From Prochlorococcus sp. scB243_495L20 (GTDB taxonomy: Bacteria; Cyanobacteriota; Cyanobacteriia; PCC-6307; Cyanobiaceae), in contig JFLX01000113.1 of assembly GCA_000634215.1 (NCBI GenBank), positions 899 to 64,898 on the forward strand: DNA of 64,000 nucleotides. Direction: 5' to 3'. Below the pieces are notes generated by a model. It saw only the letters and a list, made by a program, of their open reading frames with translations, ran no database searches and was not told where the DNA came from. The position numbers and the translations under genes are program-made. This document shows, one piece after another, positions 11,445-22,243 of this stretch. The first letter of the stretch is position 1; each line of letters starts with the position of its first letter.

Positions 11445-11696
11445 AAATTTGTACCTAAATTTCTTAATAATTTTTGCTGGTTCTTTACTTCCATTGGACT
11501 CGTAAAGTATCCACTGATGTGTCTCAATATCATGATCACAACCATAATTTCCAGATATATTATCGAAACTTGAAAGATGCGAATGACAATTTTGGTCTGC
11601 CTCAAAAGCAGAATCATAACCTGTTAAAAAATATATCAAAAATAGAACAGCTATTAACAAAAAACATACTTGAGAAACTAAATTAACTACTTTCAT
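11439..11696 (-). CDS. Small membrane-anchored hypothetical protein
   Basis: 85 aa; N-terminal TM, then a polar domain with two Cys (NCHSH...GCDHDIETHQWIL). Confidence 0.65.
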   Translation of the reverse strand: MKVVNLVSQVCFLLIAVLFLIYFLTGYDSAFEADQNCHSHLSSFDNISGNYGCDHDIETHQWILYESNGSKEPAKIIKKFRYKFL

Positions 11697-11754
11697 AAGA
11701 TATTCTAAAATCTAAATATATCATCAAATAAAAATTTTCGATCTAAAAATATAG

Positions 11755-12000
11755 CTAACGACCAACATTAAATACAAAGTCATGAAATTCTTGATTCTTT
11801 AAATACAGAATGACTAGCAATACTAAAATAAAATTTAAGCTTATTACTATGGATCCAAAAATATTTATTTGTTTTTTGCCTGGCAAAGTGTAAGTAAATT
11901 TCTTGCCATTAAGAAAAGCTGCTAAGCCTTTTTTTTCTTTTTTTGATTCTTCTATTTCAGCATCATTTTTAACTTCATTATCAGAGAAACCTTTTACCAT
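11755..12000 (-). CDS. Small hypothetical protein with C-terminal TM helix
   Basis: 81-aa ATG ORF; charged N-terminus and one hydrophobic helix. Confidence 0.6.
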   Translation of the reverse strand: MVKGFSDNEVKNDAEIEESKKEKKGLAAFLNGKKFTYTLPGKKQINIFGSIVISLNFILVLLVILYLKNQEFHDFVFNVGR

Positions 12001-12054
12001 TAATACTTAAAATCCAAATTTATAATATTCCAAAAAAATAAAATTTTTTAATAA

Positions 12055-12366
12055 TTAACAATTTTTAATCACATATGGGATCATAAATGAAATTCTTTCA
12101 TTTGAGAAATTTTTTAAAAAATAAGCTTCTATAATTGCCGACTGCATCCCCAATAAACTTGATTGACATTTGAATCTATTTTGGTCAAATACAAATAATT
12201 GAAGTTTTTCTATTTCAGAAATTAACTCTCTACAAACTTGGGATTGAGAATCTTTAATACAATAACTTGCTTCCTTTAAAATTTTGGATTTTGTTGGTAT
12301 CGTTTCTGCCATCACAAAATTAGATAACAACAAGAACTTTATTAATAAAAAAGTTAAATATTTCAT
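12055..12366 (-). CDS. Putative secreted four-cysteine hypothetical protein
   Basis: Signal-peptide-like N-terminus (MKYLTFLL...VMA/ET) and four Cys, including the terminal residue. Confidence 0.65.
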   Translation of the reverse strand: MKYLTFLLIKFLLLSNFVMAETIPTKSKILKEASYCIKDSQSQVCRELISEIEKLQLFVFDQNRFKCQSSLLGMQSAIIEAYFLKNFSNERISFMIPYVIKNC

Positions 12367-12450
12367 TACTTTTTAAGACTTCAAAATTTGAGATTCCTTG
12401 TTAATTGTTTTGGTCATTTTTCATTTTGCTATTTTTATTTTATTAAAGTT

Positions 12451-12476
12451 AAAAAAAAAGATGCTCTAAAAGAGCA
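12451..12476 (-). terminator. Intrinsic terminator of the HU gene
   Basis: TGCTCT-N3-AGAGCA stem (12462-12476) followed on the minus strand by a T9 run; about 35 nt after the HU stop. Confidence 0.7.
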
Positions 12477-12510
12477 CCTTGGCATTAAAAGAAGAAATAG
12501 ATTAAAAAGA

Positions 12511-12786
12511 TTAACCTTGGACTCTATCCTTAAAAAGTTTACCTGCAGAAAATGTTGGAACTCTTTTAGCAGGTATTGCTATTTTTTCGCCTGTCTTAGG
12601 GTTTAATCCCTGTCTTGCAGAACGATCTCTTGGCTCGAAAGAACCAAATCCTAGTAAGGAGACTTTTTTGCCTTCCACTACTGAGTCAACAATAGTTTCA
12701 ATAGCTGCATCAACAACTAAAGAAACATCAGTTTTTGTGAGCTCTGTACGAGCAGCAACAAGGTTTACTAAATCAGCTTTGTTCAT
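12511..12786 (-). CDS. hup: DNA-binding protein HU (start placed at ATG 12786)
   Basis: MNKADLVNLVA...GFGSFEPRDRSARQGLNPKTGEKIAIPAKRVPTFSAGK; 91 aa. Confidence 0.97.
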   Translation of the reverse strand: MNKADLVNLVAARTELTKTDVSLVVDAAIETIVDSVVEGKKVSLLGFGSFEPRDRSARQGLNPKTGEKIAIPAKRVPTFSAGKLFKDRVQG

Positions 12787-13407
12787 TGAATTGTTTATAA
12801 AGCAGAGATTTAAAGACAAGTGTTTTAAGCAAGCCTAAAAACCTCGAACTTGCATATCATATGGAGCAAATACAAATACGGCAACCGAAAATGCCGGCGG
12901 CGCAAAGCTTTATACAAATCTTAGGGACATTTTTAGCTCCATTATATATTTTTATAGCCTCACTTTTTTCTAATATAAAATTAGCCCTTTTAAATATAAA
13001 ACAGCTAAAACCATTGGTAGCACTTGATTTATCCTTGAAAAATTTATTTTAATTTATCAAAGAGAAAATATCAAAGATAAATAAAGTTAAGAATTTGAGC
13101 CATTTATTATGTTTTATTAATTTTCAGATATATTTCCTTCTCATCACATGAAAAAGCATAATTTGTATTTTGAAATCAAGAAAAATCTGGTTTTCTCACA
13201 ATTAAGCTTTTCTCTAAATCTTTTTATGCATTAAAAAAATGGATAAACAAATTGTAATTAATTGGAAGTTAATATTCTCAAAGTCTAATAAAGTTGATTA
13301 GTGAAACCTTAAATTTTAGTTTTTTTCTTAATTTTGTATCTATTATTCTAATATCAGTAATTTGAATAAATTATCTCAATATTTAAATAATCAATGATAA
13401 AGAGAAA

Positions 13408-15442
13408 GTGACTCATATCAATAAAGGTAAACCATTTCCCTTAGGAAGTTCTCTAACTTCACAAGGGGTTAATTTTTCCCTAGTAGCCACAAATGCAGAA
13501 TATGTAGAAATCTTATTGTTTGAAAAAGATGACTCTATTTACCCAAAAAGTATCTTGAAATTAGACCATAATCATAATACAGGTCCCTACTGGCATGCAG
13601 AGGTAAAAAATATAAATAAAGGATGTATTTATGCTTTTAGAGTAAAACAAAAAAATAATGCGATCAACAATAACTATGAAAAAAAAGTATTACTCGATCC
13701 ATGTTCAAGGGGTATAACTGGGTGGGAAAGTTATAAAAGAGAAAATGCATTAAAAACGCAAGAAAATACTAATTCTTGTCTTAAAAGCGTTGTTTGCGAT
13801 AGAAAATTATTTAATTTTAAGGATTTTCCAAGACCTAAACATTCTTGGGAAGAAACAATTATTTATGAACTCCATATCAAATCCTTCACTGAATCAGCTG
13901 ATAAAACTGAAAGTTGTTTCAAGAAATTTTTAAAAAAAATTCCATATCTCAAAGAACTGGGAATTACCTCTATAGAATTACTTCCAATTTTTTGTTTTGA
14001 TCCAACTGATGCACCAAATGGTTTAGAGAATTTTTGGGGTTATAGTCCAATTAATTGGTTTACTCCGCATTTTGAATACCTTTCGAATGAATCAGCTGAA
14101 AAGAATAGAGAGGAATTTAGAAAATTAGTAGAGGAGTGTCATAAGGCAGGCATTGAAGTTATTTTAGATGTCGTATACAATCACACTTCTGAAGGAGATT
14201 ACAAAGGACCTGCAATATCTTGGAAAGGTATAGATGAAAACCTTTATTACTTTATTGGAAAAGACAAAAATTATCAGGACGTTTCAGGTTGTGGAAATAC
14301 CATTGCAGCAAACAGAGGATTAGTGAGAAAACTAATAATTGAATCATTAAAGTGTTGGGCAAGTGAATTTGGAGTAGATGGTTTTAGATTTGATTTAGGA
14401 ATTGCACTATCAAGAGGAGAAAATCTCTCGCCACTCGATAATCCTCCAATTTTTGAAGATATAGAATGTGAACCAGAGCTTATCGATGTCAAGTTCATAA
14501 GTGAGCCATGGGATTGTGGCGGTTTATATAAATTAGGTGATTTCCCATCAAAGAATACTTTCACTTGGAATGGTCATTTTAGAGATGATTTGAGGAGATT
14601 TTGGAAGGGGGGATAAAGATACAGCTTGGAATATGAGCGATAAAATAAAAGGGACGCCATCTATTTATAAAGAAGATAATATTTCTCCAAAGTCGATAAA
14701 TTTTATTACTTCACATGATGGATTCACTCTAAAAGACTTAGTAACTTTCAATAGAAAACATAATTTTGCCAATAGAGAACAAAATAGAGATGGAGATAAC
14801 CATAATAATTCTTGGAATCATGGTATTGAGGGACCAACTTCGAACTTATTAATCAATGATTTAAGAAAAAGACAACAAAAAAATCTTATTCTTAGTTTAT
14901 TTATCTCTAAAGGTGTTCCAATGATACTTATGGGTGATGAGATAGGAAGATCACAAGGCGGGAACAATAATTCTTGGTGCCAAAATAATTTATTGGGCTG
15001 GATGAATTGGGAACATGGGCAACAAGATTTGGAATTATTAGAATATTTTAAATACGTCATAAAAATCCGAAAAAAACTAATAAACATTTTCAATCCATCT
15101 TTCTTCCCTAATAATCAAACCAATAAAAATATTCCAACATATCATTGGCATGGAACAAAGTTAGATAGCCCTGATTGGAGTAGTTGGTCTCACACAGTTG
15201 CTTTTAGCATTAACAAAGGTATTACTAATCCGTTGATCTGGATAGGTTTAAATGCATATTCAAAAAGTATCGATTTCCCCTTGCCGAAATGTAAATATAA
15301 TTGGTTAAAAGTTATTGACACTAGCATGTCTGAGATTTTTAAACCCTTAACTATTAATGAAAAATCTGTTTCAATAAAGAGTAGAAGCTCTTTACTAATC
15401 ATTTCAGAAGAAGTATTTGGGGCAAAAAATAATTTATTCTAG
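13408..15442 (+). pseudogene. glgX: Glycogen debranching enzyme/isoamylase (GH13), split into 402-aa and 269-aa ORFs by a +1 frameshift in a G6 run at 14607-14612
   Basis: The N-terminal ORF has IELLPIF, NFWGYSP, LDVVYNH, GFRFDL and ISEPWD. The C-terminal ORF has NFITSHDGFTL and MILMGDE. Removing one G gives the continuous WKGDKDTAWNMSDK. Confidence 0.88.
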
Positions 15443-15443
15443 A

Positions 15444-15514
15444 AGCGGGCGGCGGGAATCGAACCCGCATCTTCAGCTTGGAAGGCTGAGGTTTTACCAC
15501 TAAACCACGCCCGC
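15444..15514 (-). tRNA. trnG: tRNA-Gly(TCC)
   Basis: Reverse complement GCGGGCGTGGTTTAGTGGTAAAACCTCAGCCTTCCAAGCTGAAGATGCGGGTTCGATTCCCGCCGCCCGCT folds as a cloverleaf; anticodon loop CTTCCAA. Confidence 0.97.
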
Positions 15515-15575
15515 ATTAAGTAATAGAATTACCATTGCAATAATACATTATCAAACAATAAACAAAGTAAAAAGA

Positions 15576-16973
15576 TTGGAAAATTCACACTCGAAAAAAA
15601 ATATTTCTAGATCAACAACAAGATTAATGTTCTCTTATGGGCTAGGAGATGCAGGCACAGGTTTAGTCGCGACACAATTTGGTTTTTTTCTTTTCAAATT
15701 CTTTATTTCTGCTGGTTTACCAGTAATAATTGCAGGATCATTATTAATGTTAATAAAGATATGGGATGCAATAAATGATCCGTTAATTGGATGGTTAAGT
15801 GATCGTACTAAATCAAGATGGGGGCCTAGAATCCCCTGGATGGTAGCAGCATCTGTTCCTCTTGGTTTCTCTTTAGCCGCGATATGGTGGACACCCACTG
15901 GTTCAGTGCTAACCAAGACTATTTACTATGCCATAATTTCTATAATCGTAATGACTGCTTATACAAGTATTAATCTTCCTTTTGCAGCTCTATCTACTGA
16001 AATTTCTAAAAAAACGGCAATAAGAACAAGATTAAACGCATCTAGATTTACTGGCTCAATAATCGCAGGACTAACTGGTTTAATAATTGCTGGAGTTGTA
16101 TTAAGTTCCGAAGGATCTGCAAATAATGAATATTTTTTAATGGGTAAAATAAGTGGATGTATTGCAGTTGCAGCAACATTAATTTCTTGTTGGGGATTAG
16201 CTCCATTCGCAAAAAAAGCAAGAAGGCCTTCAGGGAAAGTTGAAGCTATAACACTTCAATTCAAAAGGATCTTCAGAAATAAAAAATTTCTAAAAGTTAT
16301 TACGCTCTATATTCTTCTTTGGTGCGCCTTACAATTAATGCAAACAGTAGCCTTAATCTATGTCGAGGATGTACTGAATGTACCAACAAATATTGCGAAG
16401 TGGATCCCGATACCTTTCCAAATTAGCGCTTTAGTGGGTTTACAAATATGGACAAGAGTATCAAATAAATTGAACAGGATTTCAGCGTTAAACTATGGAG
16501 CGATTATGTGGATTATTTCATGTACAGCAGCTCTATTTTTACCTCCATTATCAAAAATTTCAGGAGTTGGAGATATTTTGTTCCTTAATACCAGCAACAT
16601 ATTTCTGTTCATTCTTTTAATTTTCATAATCTGTATAATTGGCATTGGAGCTTCAACCGCTTTTCTTATCCCTTGGTCACTACTTCCTGATGCAATAGAC
16701 GAAGACCCAGAGAAACCAGCAGGATTATATACTGCTTGGATGGTACTAATTCAGAAGATAGGTATCGCGTTTAGTGTTCAATTATTAGGATTTTTATTGT
16801 ATTTATCAGGTTATCAATCATGCTTTGTTGATAAAGGCGGTCTAAATATTATTGAACAATGCTACTCAGCACAATTAACTATAAGATTATGTATTGGTTT
16901 TATACCCTCAATATTGGTAATAATTGGTCTTTTAATCATGAGAAAATGGGATCGAAAATTAATTACAAACTAA
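15576..16973 (+). CDS. MFS/GPH (MelB-like) sugar:cation symporter
   Basis: WDAINDPLIGWLSDRTKSRWGPRIPW, about 12 TM helices, PWSLLPDAID. Confidence 0.88.
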   Translation: MENSHSKKNISRSTTRLMFSYGLGDAGTGLVATQFGFFLFKFFISAGLPVIIAGSLLMLIKIWDAINDPLIGWLSDRTKSRWGPRIPWMVAASVPLGFSLAAIWWTPTGSVLTKTIYYAIISIIVMTAYTSINLPFAALSTEISKKTAIRTRLNASRFTGSIIAGLTGLIIAGVVLSSEGSANNEYFLMGKISGCIAVAATLISCWGLAPFAKKARRPSGKVEAITLQFKRIFRNKKFLKVITLYILLWCALQLMQTVALIYVEDVLNVPTNIAKWIPIPFQISALVGLQIWTRVSNKLNRISALNYGAIMWIISCTAALFLPPLSKISGVGDILFLNTSNIFLFILLIFIICIIGIGASTAFLIPWSLLPDAIDEDPEKPAGLYTAWMVLIQKIGIAFSVQLLGFLLYLSGYQSCFVDKGGLNIIEQCYSAQLTIRLCIGFIPSILVIIGLLIMRKWDRKLITN

Positions 16974-16982
16974 TATAAGGAT

Positions 16983-17738
16983 ATGTATTACCTTAATTTT
17001 TTCAAAAGACTTCTAAGCAGCCTAGTCATTGGCGGGCAAGCAATTAATTTTATCTTTAAGGGTAAAATTTCCAAAAATGATCTCTTTGACCAACTTATGG
17101 AGTCAGGTCCTGGCAGTTTATTAATCGTATTAATTACAGGAATTGCCGCAGGTACAGTTTTTAATATTCAGGTTGCATCACAACTTACAAGTATGGGGGT
17201 TTCAAGTGAAATTGGAGGTTTATTAGCAGTAGGCATGGCAAGAGAAATGGCTCCTCTTCTAACTGCTACTTTAATGACTGGAAAGGTTGCCACTGCATAT
17301 GCTGCTCAACTGGGCACTATGAAAGTCACAGAACAAATTGAGGCAATAACTATGTTAAGGACTGAACCAGTCCAATATTTGGTAGTCCCAAGATTACTAT
17401 CGATGGTAATAATGTCTCCAATACAGTGTCTTTTGTTTTTATCTGTAGCTTTATGGAGTGGGCAAATTTGGAGCACAATTTTTTATAAAGTTCCTCCTAT
17501 AGTTTTTTGGACATCTGTAAGATCAGGTAATGTGAGTTTAACCAGTGCAGACTTAACTTCAATGTTAATAAAATCTGTAGTGTTCGGATTACTTATTTCA
17601 ATCATTGCTTGTGGATATGGACTTACAACCAAAGGGGGTCCAAAAGAAGTTGGAACAAGTACAACAGGTGCAGTTGTAATGACTCTCGTTACTGTATCTT
17701 TAATGGATGTATTACTAACGCAAATTTTATTTGGATGA
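16983..17738 (+). CDS. mlaE: MlaE-family ABC transporter permease
   Basis: REMAPLLTA...AAQLGTMKVTEQIEAI, GGPKEVGTSTT. Confidence 0.9.
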   Translation: MYYLNFFKRLLSSLVIGGQAINFIFKGKISKNDLFDQLMESGPGSLLIVLITGIAAGTVFNIQVASQLTSMGVSSEIGGLLAVGMAREMAPLLTATLMTGKVATAYAAQLGTMKVTEQIEAITMLRTEPVQYLVVPRLLSMVIMSPIQCLLFLSVALWSGQIWSTIFYKVPPIVFWTSVRSGNVSLTSADLTSMLIKSVVFGLLISIIACGYGLTTKGGPKEVGTSTTGAVVMTLVTVSLMDVLLTQILFG

Positions 17739-18147
17739 TTCTATGTCTAAAACTAAATCAAAAAAAGAGGAACCAGTAATAATATCTCCTTCATTTCAGT
17801 TGCCAATCATTCTGCTAATTTTAAGTTTTATGCTTTTGTTTTTGAATATTGGTTCTTTGCCAACAATAGTTTTTGCTTCTTTTAGCTTTTTTTTATTACT
17901 TCAGGCATTCACCTTAAGAATAAAAATAACAAATGATGATTTTATCGTTTTACAATTAGGGAAAGAGATTAGAACTTTTCCATTCAAGAACTGGATATCA
18001 TGGAAATTCTTTTTCCCTATAATCCCAGGTATTTTTTATTTTAGAGAAAAGTCCAGTCCTCATTTATTACCAATTTTATTTAATCCAAAGCAATTAAAAG
18101 ATGAGCTCATAAAAAAAGTTGACTCCCTGGAAATTAAAAATTCTTAA
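17731..18147 (+). CDS. DUF3119-like cyanobacterial membrane protein (likely start ATG 17743)
   Basis: Two N-terminal TMs and YFREKSSPHLLPILF; position in the mlaE-plsY operon matches my recollection. Confidence 0.72.
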   Translation: MDDSMSKTKSKKEEPVIISPSFQLPIILLILSFMLLFLNIGSLPTIVFASFSFFLLLQAFTLRIKITNDDFIVLQLGKEIRTFPFKNWISWKFFFPIIPGIFYFREKSSPHLLPILFNPKQLKDELIKKVDSLEIKNS

Positions 18148-18182
18148 AATTCAGACTTTGCCTAATCATCAAAATTATTTAA

Positions 18183-19193
18183 ATGACCAATACAGAAATT
18201 TCCGACAATAATCCTGAAAAGGAATTAAAAATAGATAAGTCAATTTCAGATGATAAAACCAAACAAATTAGTAAGAAAAATACAACTCAAAATAAAAAAA
18301 TTACGCCGAGAAACGATAAATCAACTAAATCTTTTGATGAAATTTCTAATGAAATTTTTAGAGATCTCTTGTCAAAAAAAGATTCTTTAGTTAAAGAAAT
18401 AAAAGTTTTAGAAACAAAAAAAAATGAAATAGAAAAAGATATTGAGTCAAATTTTAAAGGACAGTCAGATAATATTGCTAAAAGAGTTAAAGGCTTTCAA
18501 GAGTACTTAACTGGAGCGTTGCAGAATCTTTCACAAAACGTAGAGAAACTTGAATTAGTTTCTCAACCAATAATCGTAAAGCCTTCTCCCCTTGATGAGA
18601 AAAAGCAAAACAATAGCACAAATAATGTAGTTAATGTTCCTGCTCTTTCCGAGACATTTAAGCCAGATGAAAAGATTATAAAAAGTTGCTTTTCAAGCTT
18701 CACAGAACAACCCGACTTTTATGCAGAACCTTGGAAATTAAGACGGAGTCTTGATTCATCAGATATAGAAATTATGGATGATTGGTTCTTTAATATGGGT
18801 GGAAGAGGTTCTCTTGAAAGTAGAGGATCTCGACAAAAAAATGCCTTGTTATCAGCTGGCTTCATATCTATTCTTGGCGAATTATATGGAGATCAATTTC
18901 AGACTCTTATTTTAGCTTCGCAGCCTGAACGATTAGGTGAATGGAGAAGAATTCTTCAAGATTCACTTGGTCTCACAAGGGACGACTTTGGACCTAATAG
19001 TGGGATTGTTCTGTTTGAAAGGCCTGAAGGTGTCATCGAAAGAGCTGATAGATTAGAAGCCAATGAAGAATTGCCATTTATTATCATTGATGCAGCAGAA
19101 ACCTCTGTTGAAATTCCAATACTTCAATTCCCGTTATGGGTTGCATTTGCTGGTTCAGATAATGAAATTTACGATGATCTTGAACTAAACTAA
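18183..19193 (+). CDS. DUF3086-like cyanobacterial protein
   Basis: N-terminal coiled coil, [36 protein letters not shown]; upstream of plsY. Confidence 0.78.
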   Translation: MTNTEISDNNPEKELKIDKSISDDKTKQISKKNTTQNKKITPRNDKSTKSFDEISNEIFRDLLSKKDSLVKEIKVLETKKNEIEKDIESNFKGQSDNIAKRVKGFQEYLTGALQNLSQNVEKLELVSQPIIVKPSPLDEKKQNNSTNNVVNVPALSETFKPDEKIIKSCFSSFTEQPDFYAEPWKLRRSLDSSDIEIMDDWFFNMGGRGSLESRGSRQKNALLSAGFISILGELYGDQFQTLILASQPERLGEWRRILQDSLGLTRDDFGPNSGIVLFERPEGVIERADRLEANEELPFIIIDAAETSVEIPILQFPLWVAFAGSDNEIYDDLELN

Positions 19194-19198
19194 GGTTT

Positions 19199-19792
19199 AT
19201 GAATATCTTAATAATTTTTACAAGTTATCTTTTAGGATCACTTCCGACAGGTTTTTTAATTGGGAAATATCTCAAAAATATAGATCTAAGAACTATGGGT
19301 TCTGGATCTACAGGTGCCACAAATGTCTTGAGAAATGTAGGGAAATGGCCAGCACTTTTTGTGTTTATCATTGACGTTGGGAAAGGCCTTATAGCAGTAA
19401 AAATTGCTCAATATTATACAGATCAAGGCTTAATAGAGGTAATAGCAGGGATATCCTCTATCTCAGGACATATCTGGCCAATATGGCTTAGAGGTAAAGG
19501 AGGGAAAGCTGTTGCTACTGGATTAGGTATGTTTTTAGCTCTTTCTTGGAAAGTTGGGCTCGCATCTCTTGGCATTTTTTTAATAGTCCTAACAAAAACT
19601 AAATTTGTTTCTTTATCCAGTATTTCAGCTGCAATGTTACTTCCTATTTTTATGTTTTTTTACCTAGGTGAATTTATGCACTCGTACTTTTTTATAAGTT
19701 TAATTGTGGCATTATTAGTAATCTGGAAACATAGAACAAACATTACAAGATTGATTAAGGGAGAAGAATCCAAAATTAATCAGAATCAATAG
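19199..19792 (+). CDS. plsY: Glycerol-3-phosphate acyltransferase PlsY
   Basis: [37 protein letters not shown]. Confidence 0.96.
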   Translation: MNILIIFTSYLLGSLPTGFLIGKYLKNIDLRTMGSGSTGATNVLRNVGKWPALFVFIIDVGKGLIAVKIAQYYTDQGLIEVIAGISSISGHIWPIWLRGKGGKAVATGLGMFLALSWKVGLASLGIFLIVLTKTKFVSLSSISAAMLLPIFMFFYLGEFMHSYFFISLIVALLVIWKHRTNITRLIKGEESKINQNQ

Positions 19793-20507
19793 ATTTAAAT
19801 ATTTCTATTAGAGCTTCATTAGGATCTATAGCTTTTGAAATTGATCTACCAATGACTAACTTAGAAGCTCCATTATCTATAGCTTCATGGGGAGTCATAA
19901 TTCTATTTTGATCATCTTTATTTTCAATATTTAATCTGATGCCTGGTGTAATGAGTTCAAAATTATCATTATAAATAGATCTCAACATATTTACCTCCCA
20001 AGGGGAACAAACACATCCATCTAATCCGGCATCAAAAGACAACTTTGCAAGTCTCAATACATTTTCTTCAATTGAATTATTTCTATCAAGATCAGTTTGA
20101 AAATCTTTAAGAGAAAAGCTCGTTAAAACAGTTATTCCAACAACCAATGGAGGTTTCACACTGACTAAGGTAGCGCCTTCTAAAGATGCTTTTTTTGAAT
20201 CTTTAAGAGCTTTTAAACCTGCTGAAGCATGAATGGAAATTATATCAACCCCTAATTTTGAAACTTGGTAACATGCTGCACGCATGGTATTTGGAATATC
20301 ATGAAATTTTAAGTCTAAAAAAATTTTTTTATTTAAACCTTTTAATATTTCAATCACTCTTGGACCTTCCCTAACAAAAAGCTCTAAACCCACTTTCACC
20401 CACTTAATATTGGGACATTTCTCCAAAAGTAATTTTGCTTGACTTAAATCTAATCCATCCATTGCCAAAATTATTTTATCTTCTGAATTAAATCTGTTAT
20501 TCATCAA
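19776..20507 (-). CDS. pyrF: Orotidine-5'-phosphate decarboxylase
   Basis: [31 protein letters not shown]. Confidence 0.97.
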   Translation of the reverse strand: MMNNRFNSEDKIILAMDGLDLSQAKLLLEKCPNIKWVKVGLELFVREGPRVIEILKGLNKKIFLDLKFHDIPNTMRAACYQVSKLGVDIISIHASAGLKALKDSKKASLEGATLVSVKPPLVVGITVLTSFSLKDFQTDLDRNNSIEENVLRLAKLSFDAGLDGCVCSPWEVNMLRSIYNDNFELITPGIRLNIENKDDQNRIMTPHEAIDNGASKLVIGRSISKAIDPNEALIEIFKSIDSD

Positions 20508-20510
20508 TTT

Positions 20511-21749
20511 TCAATTTTCAAACCTCTTAAATATTTTTTTCCCAATTTGCAAAATTTTTCCTTCCAAATCATTTTTTGAATTAAAAACTAAATCAGGATT
20601 TATTACTTTCTGACTATCAATTTTTACACCCCCACCTTTAATAGATCTTTTTGATTCGCTGCTAGATTTGAAAAGTTTTAGAGAACTTAATAAGTAAAAA
20701 AACTTTACTGGAAAAACTACTTCTTTTAAAGAAATCTCTGGAATTTCTCCAACTTTTTCTTTGTGCCCAAGGAATAATTTTTCGCAGTTTGATTGAGCCT
20801 TTAATGCTTCTTCAGCTCCATGGAATAAAGTAGTAACTTCTAAAGCCATTCTTCTCTGTAATTCACGAGGATTTGAGTTTTCAAGAAAACTTAAATCTAA
20901 TTCAGTAAGTAATTCAAAATAAGTAGGTATTATATTGTCGGGTACTTTCTCTAATTTTGAATACATAGAAAGAGGATCTTCAGTCAAACCGACGGTATTA
21001 AATTCAGATTTACTCATCTTCTTAATTCCATCTAAACCTGTCAAAATTGGCAGCAGAACACCAAATTGAGGGTCTTGTTTAAAATGCCTTTGAAGGTCTC
21101 TTCCTATTGCAATATTAAATTTCTGATCTGTACCTCCAAGCTCAATATCTGATTGAACAACTACTGAATCGTAACCTTGTAATAGAGGATATAAGAATTC
21201 ATGCAAAGCAATTGGAACTTGCGAAGTGTACCTTTTATTAAATTCCTCCTTAGCTAGCATTTGACTAACTGTTGCACTGCCCATTAGTTCAATTATCGAA
21301 TTAAGATTTAACCCTTTTAACCATTCACTGTTATATCTAATTTCTATTCTATCTTTTGAATCAAAATCTAAAATAGATTCATTAGCTGGCTTTCCCATCC
21401 CTAGTTGGGTTAAGTATGTTTTTGCATTATCCTTAACTTGTTTTTCGGATAACTGAACTCTTGTTTTGTTTTTTCCGGTTGGGTCTCCAATTTGAGCAGT
21501 AAAATCACCAATAATTAAAACTGCAATATGCCCATTATCCTGGAATGCCCTAAGTTTTTTAAACAATATGCTGTGCCCAAGATGAATATCTGTTCCAGTT
21601 GGATCGATCCCTAGTTTAACCCTTAATTTTTTATTATTTTTTTTCGCATGATCAATTATTTCCGAAAAGGTTTGATCCGTTCCCTTGATTGGAAAATATT
21701 CTTCTATTCCTCTTGACAGCCATGATGGCAATATTAAATTATCTGACAT
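20511..21749 (-). CDS. tyrS: Tyrosine--tRNA ligase
   Basis: [14 protein letters not shown] (HIGH motif), [22 protein letters not shown]-terminal S4-like domain. Confidence 0.98.
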   Translation of the reverse strand: MSDNLILPSWLSRGIEEYFPIKGTDQTFSEIIDHAKKNNKKLRVKLGIDPTGTDIHLGHSILFKKLRAFQDNGHIAVLIIGDFTAQIGDPTGKNKTRVQLSEKQVKDNAKTYLTQLGMGKPANESILDFDSKDRIEIRYNSEWLKGLNLNSIIELMGSATVSQMLAKEEFNKRYTSQVPIALHEFLYPLLQGYDSVVVQSDIELGGTDQKFNIAIGRDLQRHFKQDPQFGVLLPILTGLDGIKKMSKSEFNTVGLTEDPLSMYSKLEKVPDNIIPTYFELLTELDLSFLENSNPRELQRRMALEVTTLFHGAEEALKAQSNCEKLFLGHKEKVGEIPEISLKEVVFPVKFFYLLSSLKLFKSSSESKRSIKGGGVKIDSQKVINPDLVFNSKNDLEGKILQIGKKIFKRFEN

Positions 21750-21768
21750 GAAGTTTTAACAGTTTAAT

Positions 21769-22113
21769 TTAAGAAGTTTTATCAAGTTCATCCTTCATTC
21801 TTATTAAGGTTTTATTCATTTGATCGAACATTTGATCAGGAGTGATCCCAAATTGACTTAACTGTGTCTTTAATTGTTCTACTGTCATTTTTGCTTGAAA
21901 GTCTTCAGACAATTCAAATCTCTTCATAAAAACCTTATAACGATCCATAAGTGATTCCATTTTTTTTATAAACATTTTTTTTCCTTCTCTGTCAAATTTT
22001 CCATAATCAGAACCAAGTTTCATAAGTTCTTGGTAATCCGTAAAAAGCTTTTTAGCTTCTTCTTGAACGATGTCTGACTCAAAAAATCCCATTTCTATTT
22101 TTTTACTTCGCAA
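21769..22113 (-). CDS. DUF1825-like cyanobacterial protein
   Basis: MGFFESDIVQEEAKKLF...YKVFMKRFELSEDFQAK; upstream of tyrS. Confidence 0.8.
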   Translation of the reverse strand: MRSKKIEMGFFESDIVQEEAKKLFTDYQELMKLGSDYGKFDREGKKMFIKKMESLMDRYKVFMKRFELSEDFQAKMTVEQLKTQLSQFGITPDQMFDQMNKTLIRMKDELDKTS

Positions 22114-22243
22114 GATTAAGGCTCAATTACAAGATAACAAGAATCTTTTAAATTGATTAGATCATTAATAAATTTTAGTTTATAAATAATTCTTTGATTT
22201 ATATTTTTTAAGAATTAAATTTAGTAGACATGTTTCATAAATA

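Noticed and set aside
11423-11686. Alternative ORFs 11423-11617 (-) and 11474-11686 (+)
   Set aside because: They overlap the better-formed 85-aa minus-strand ORF and lack a coherent structure.
12388-13052. ORFs 12388-12606 (+) and 12861-13052 (+)
   Set aside because: The first overlaps HU and its terminator. The second has no recognisable features and spans a hairpin better read as non-coding.
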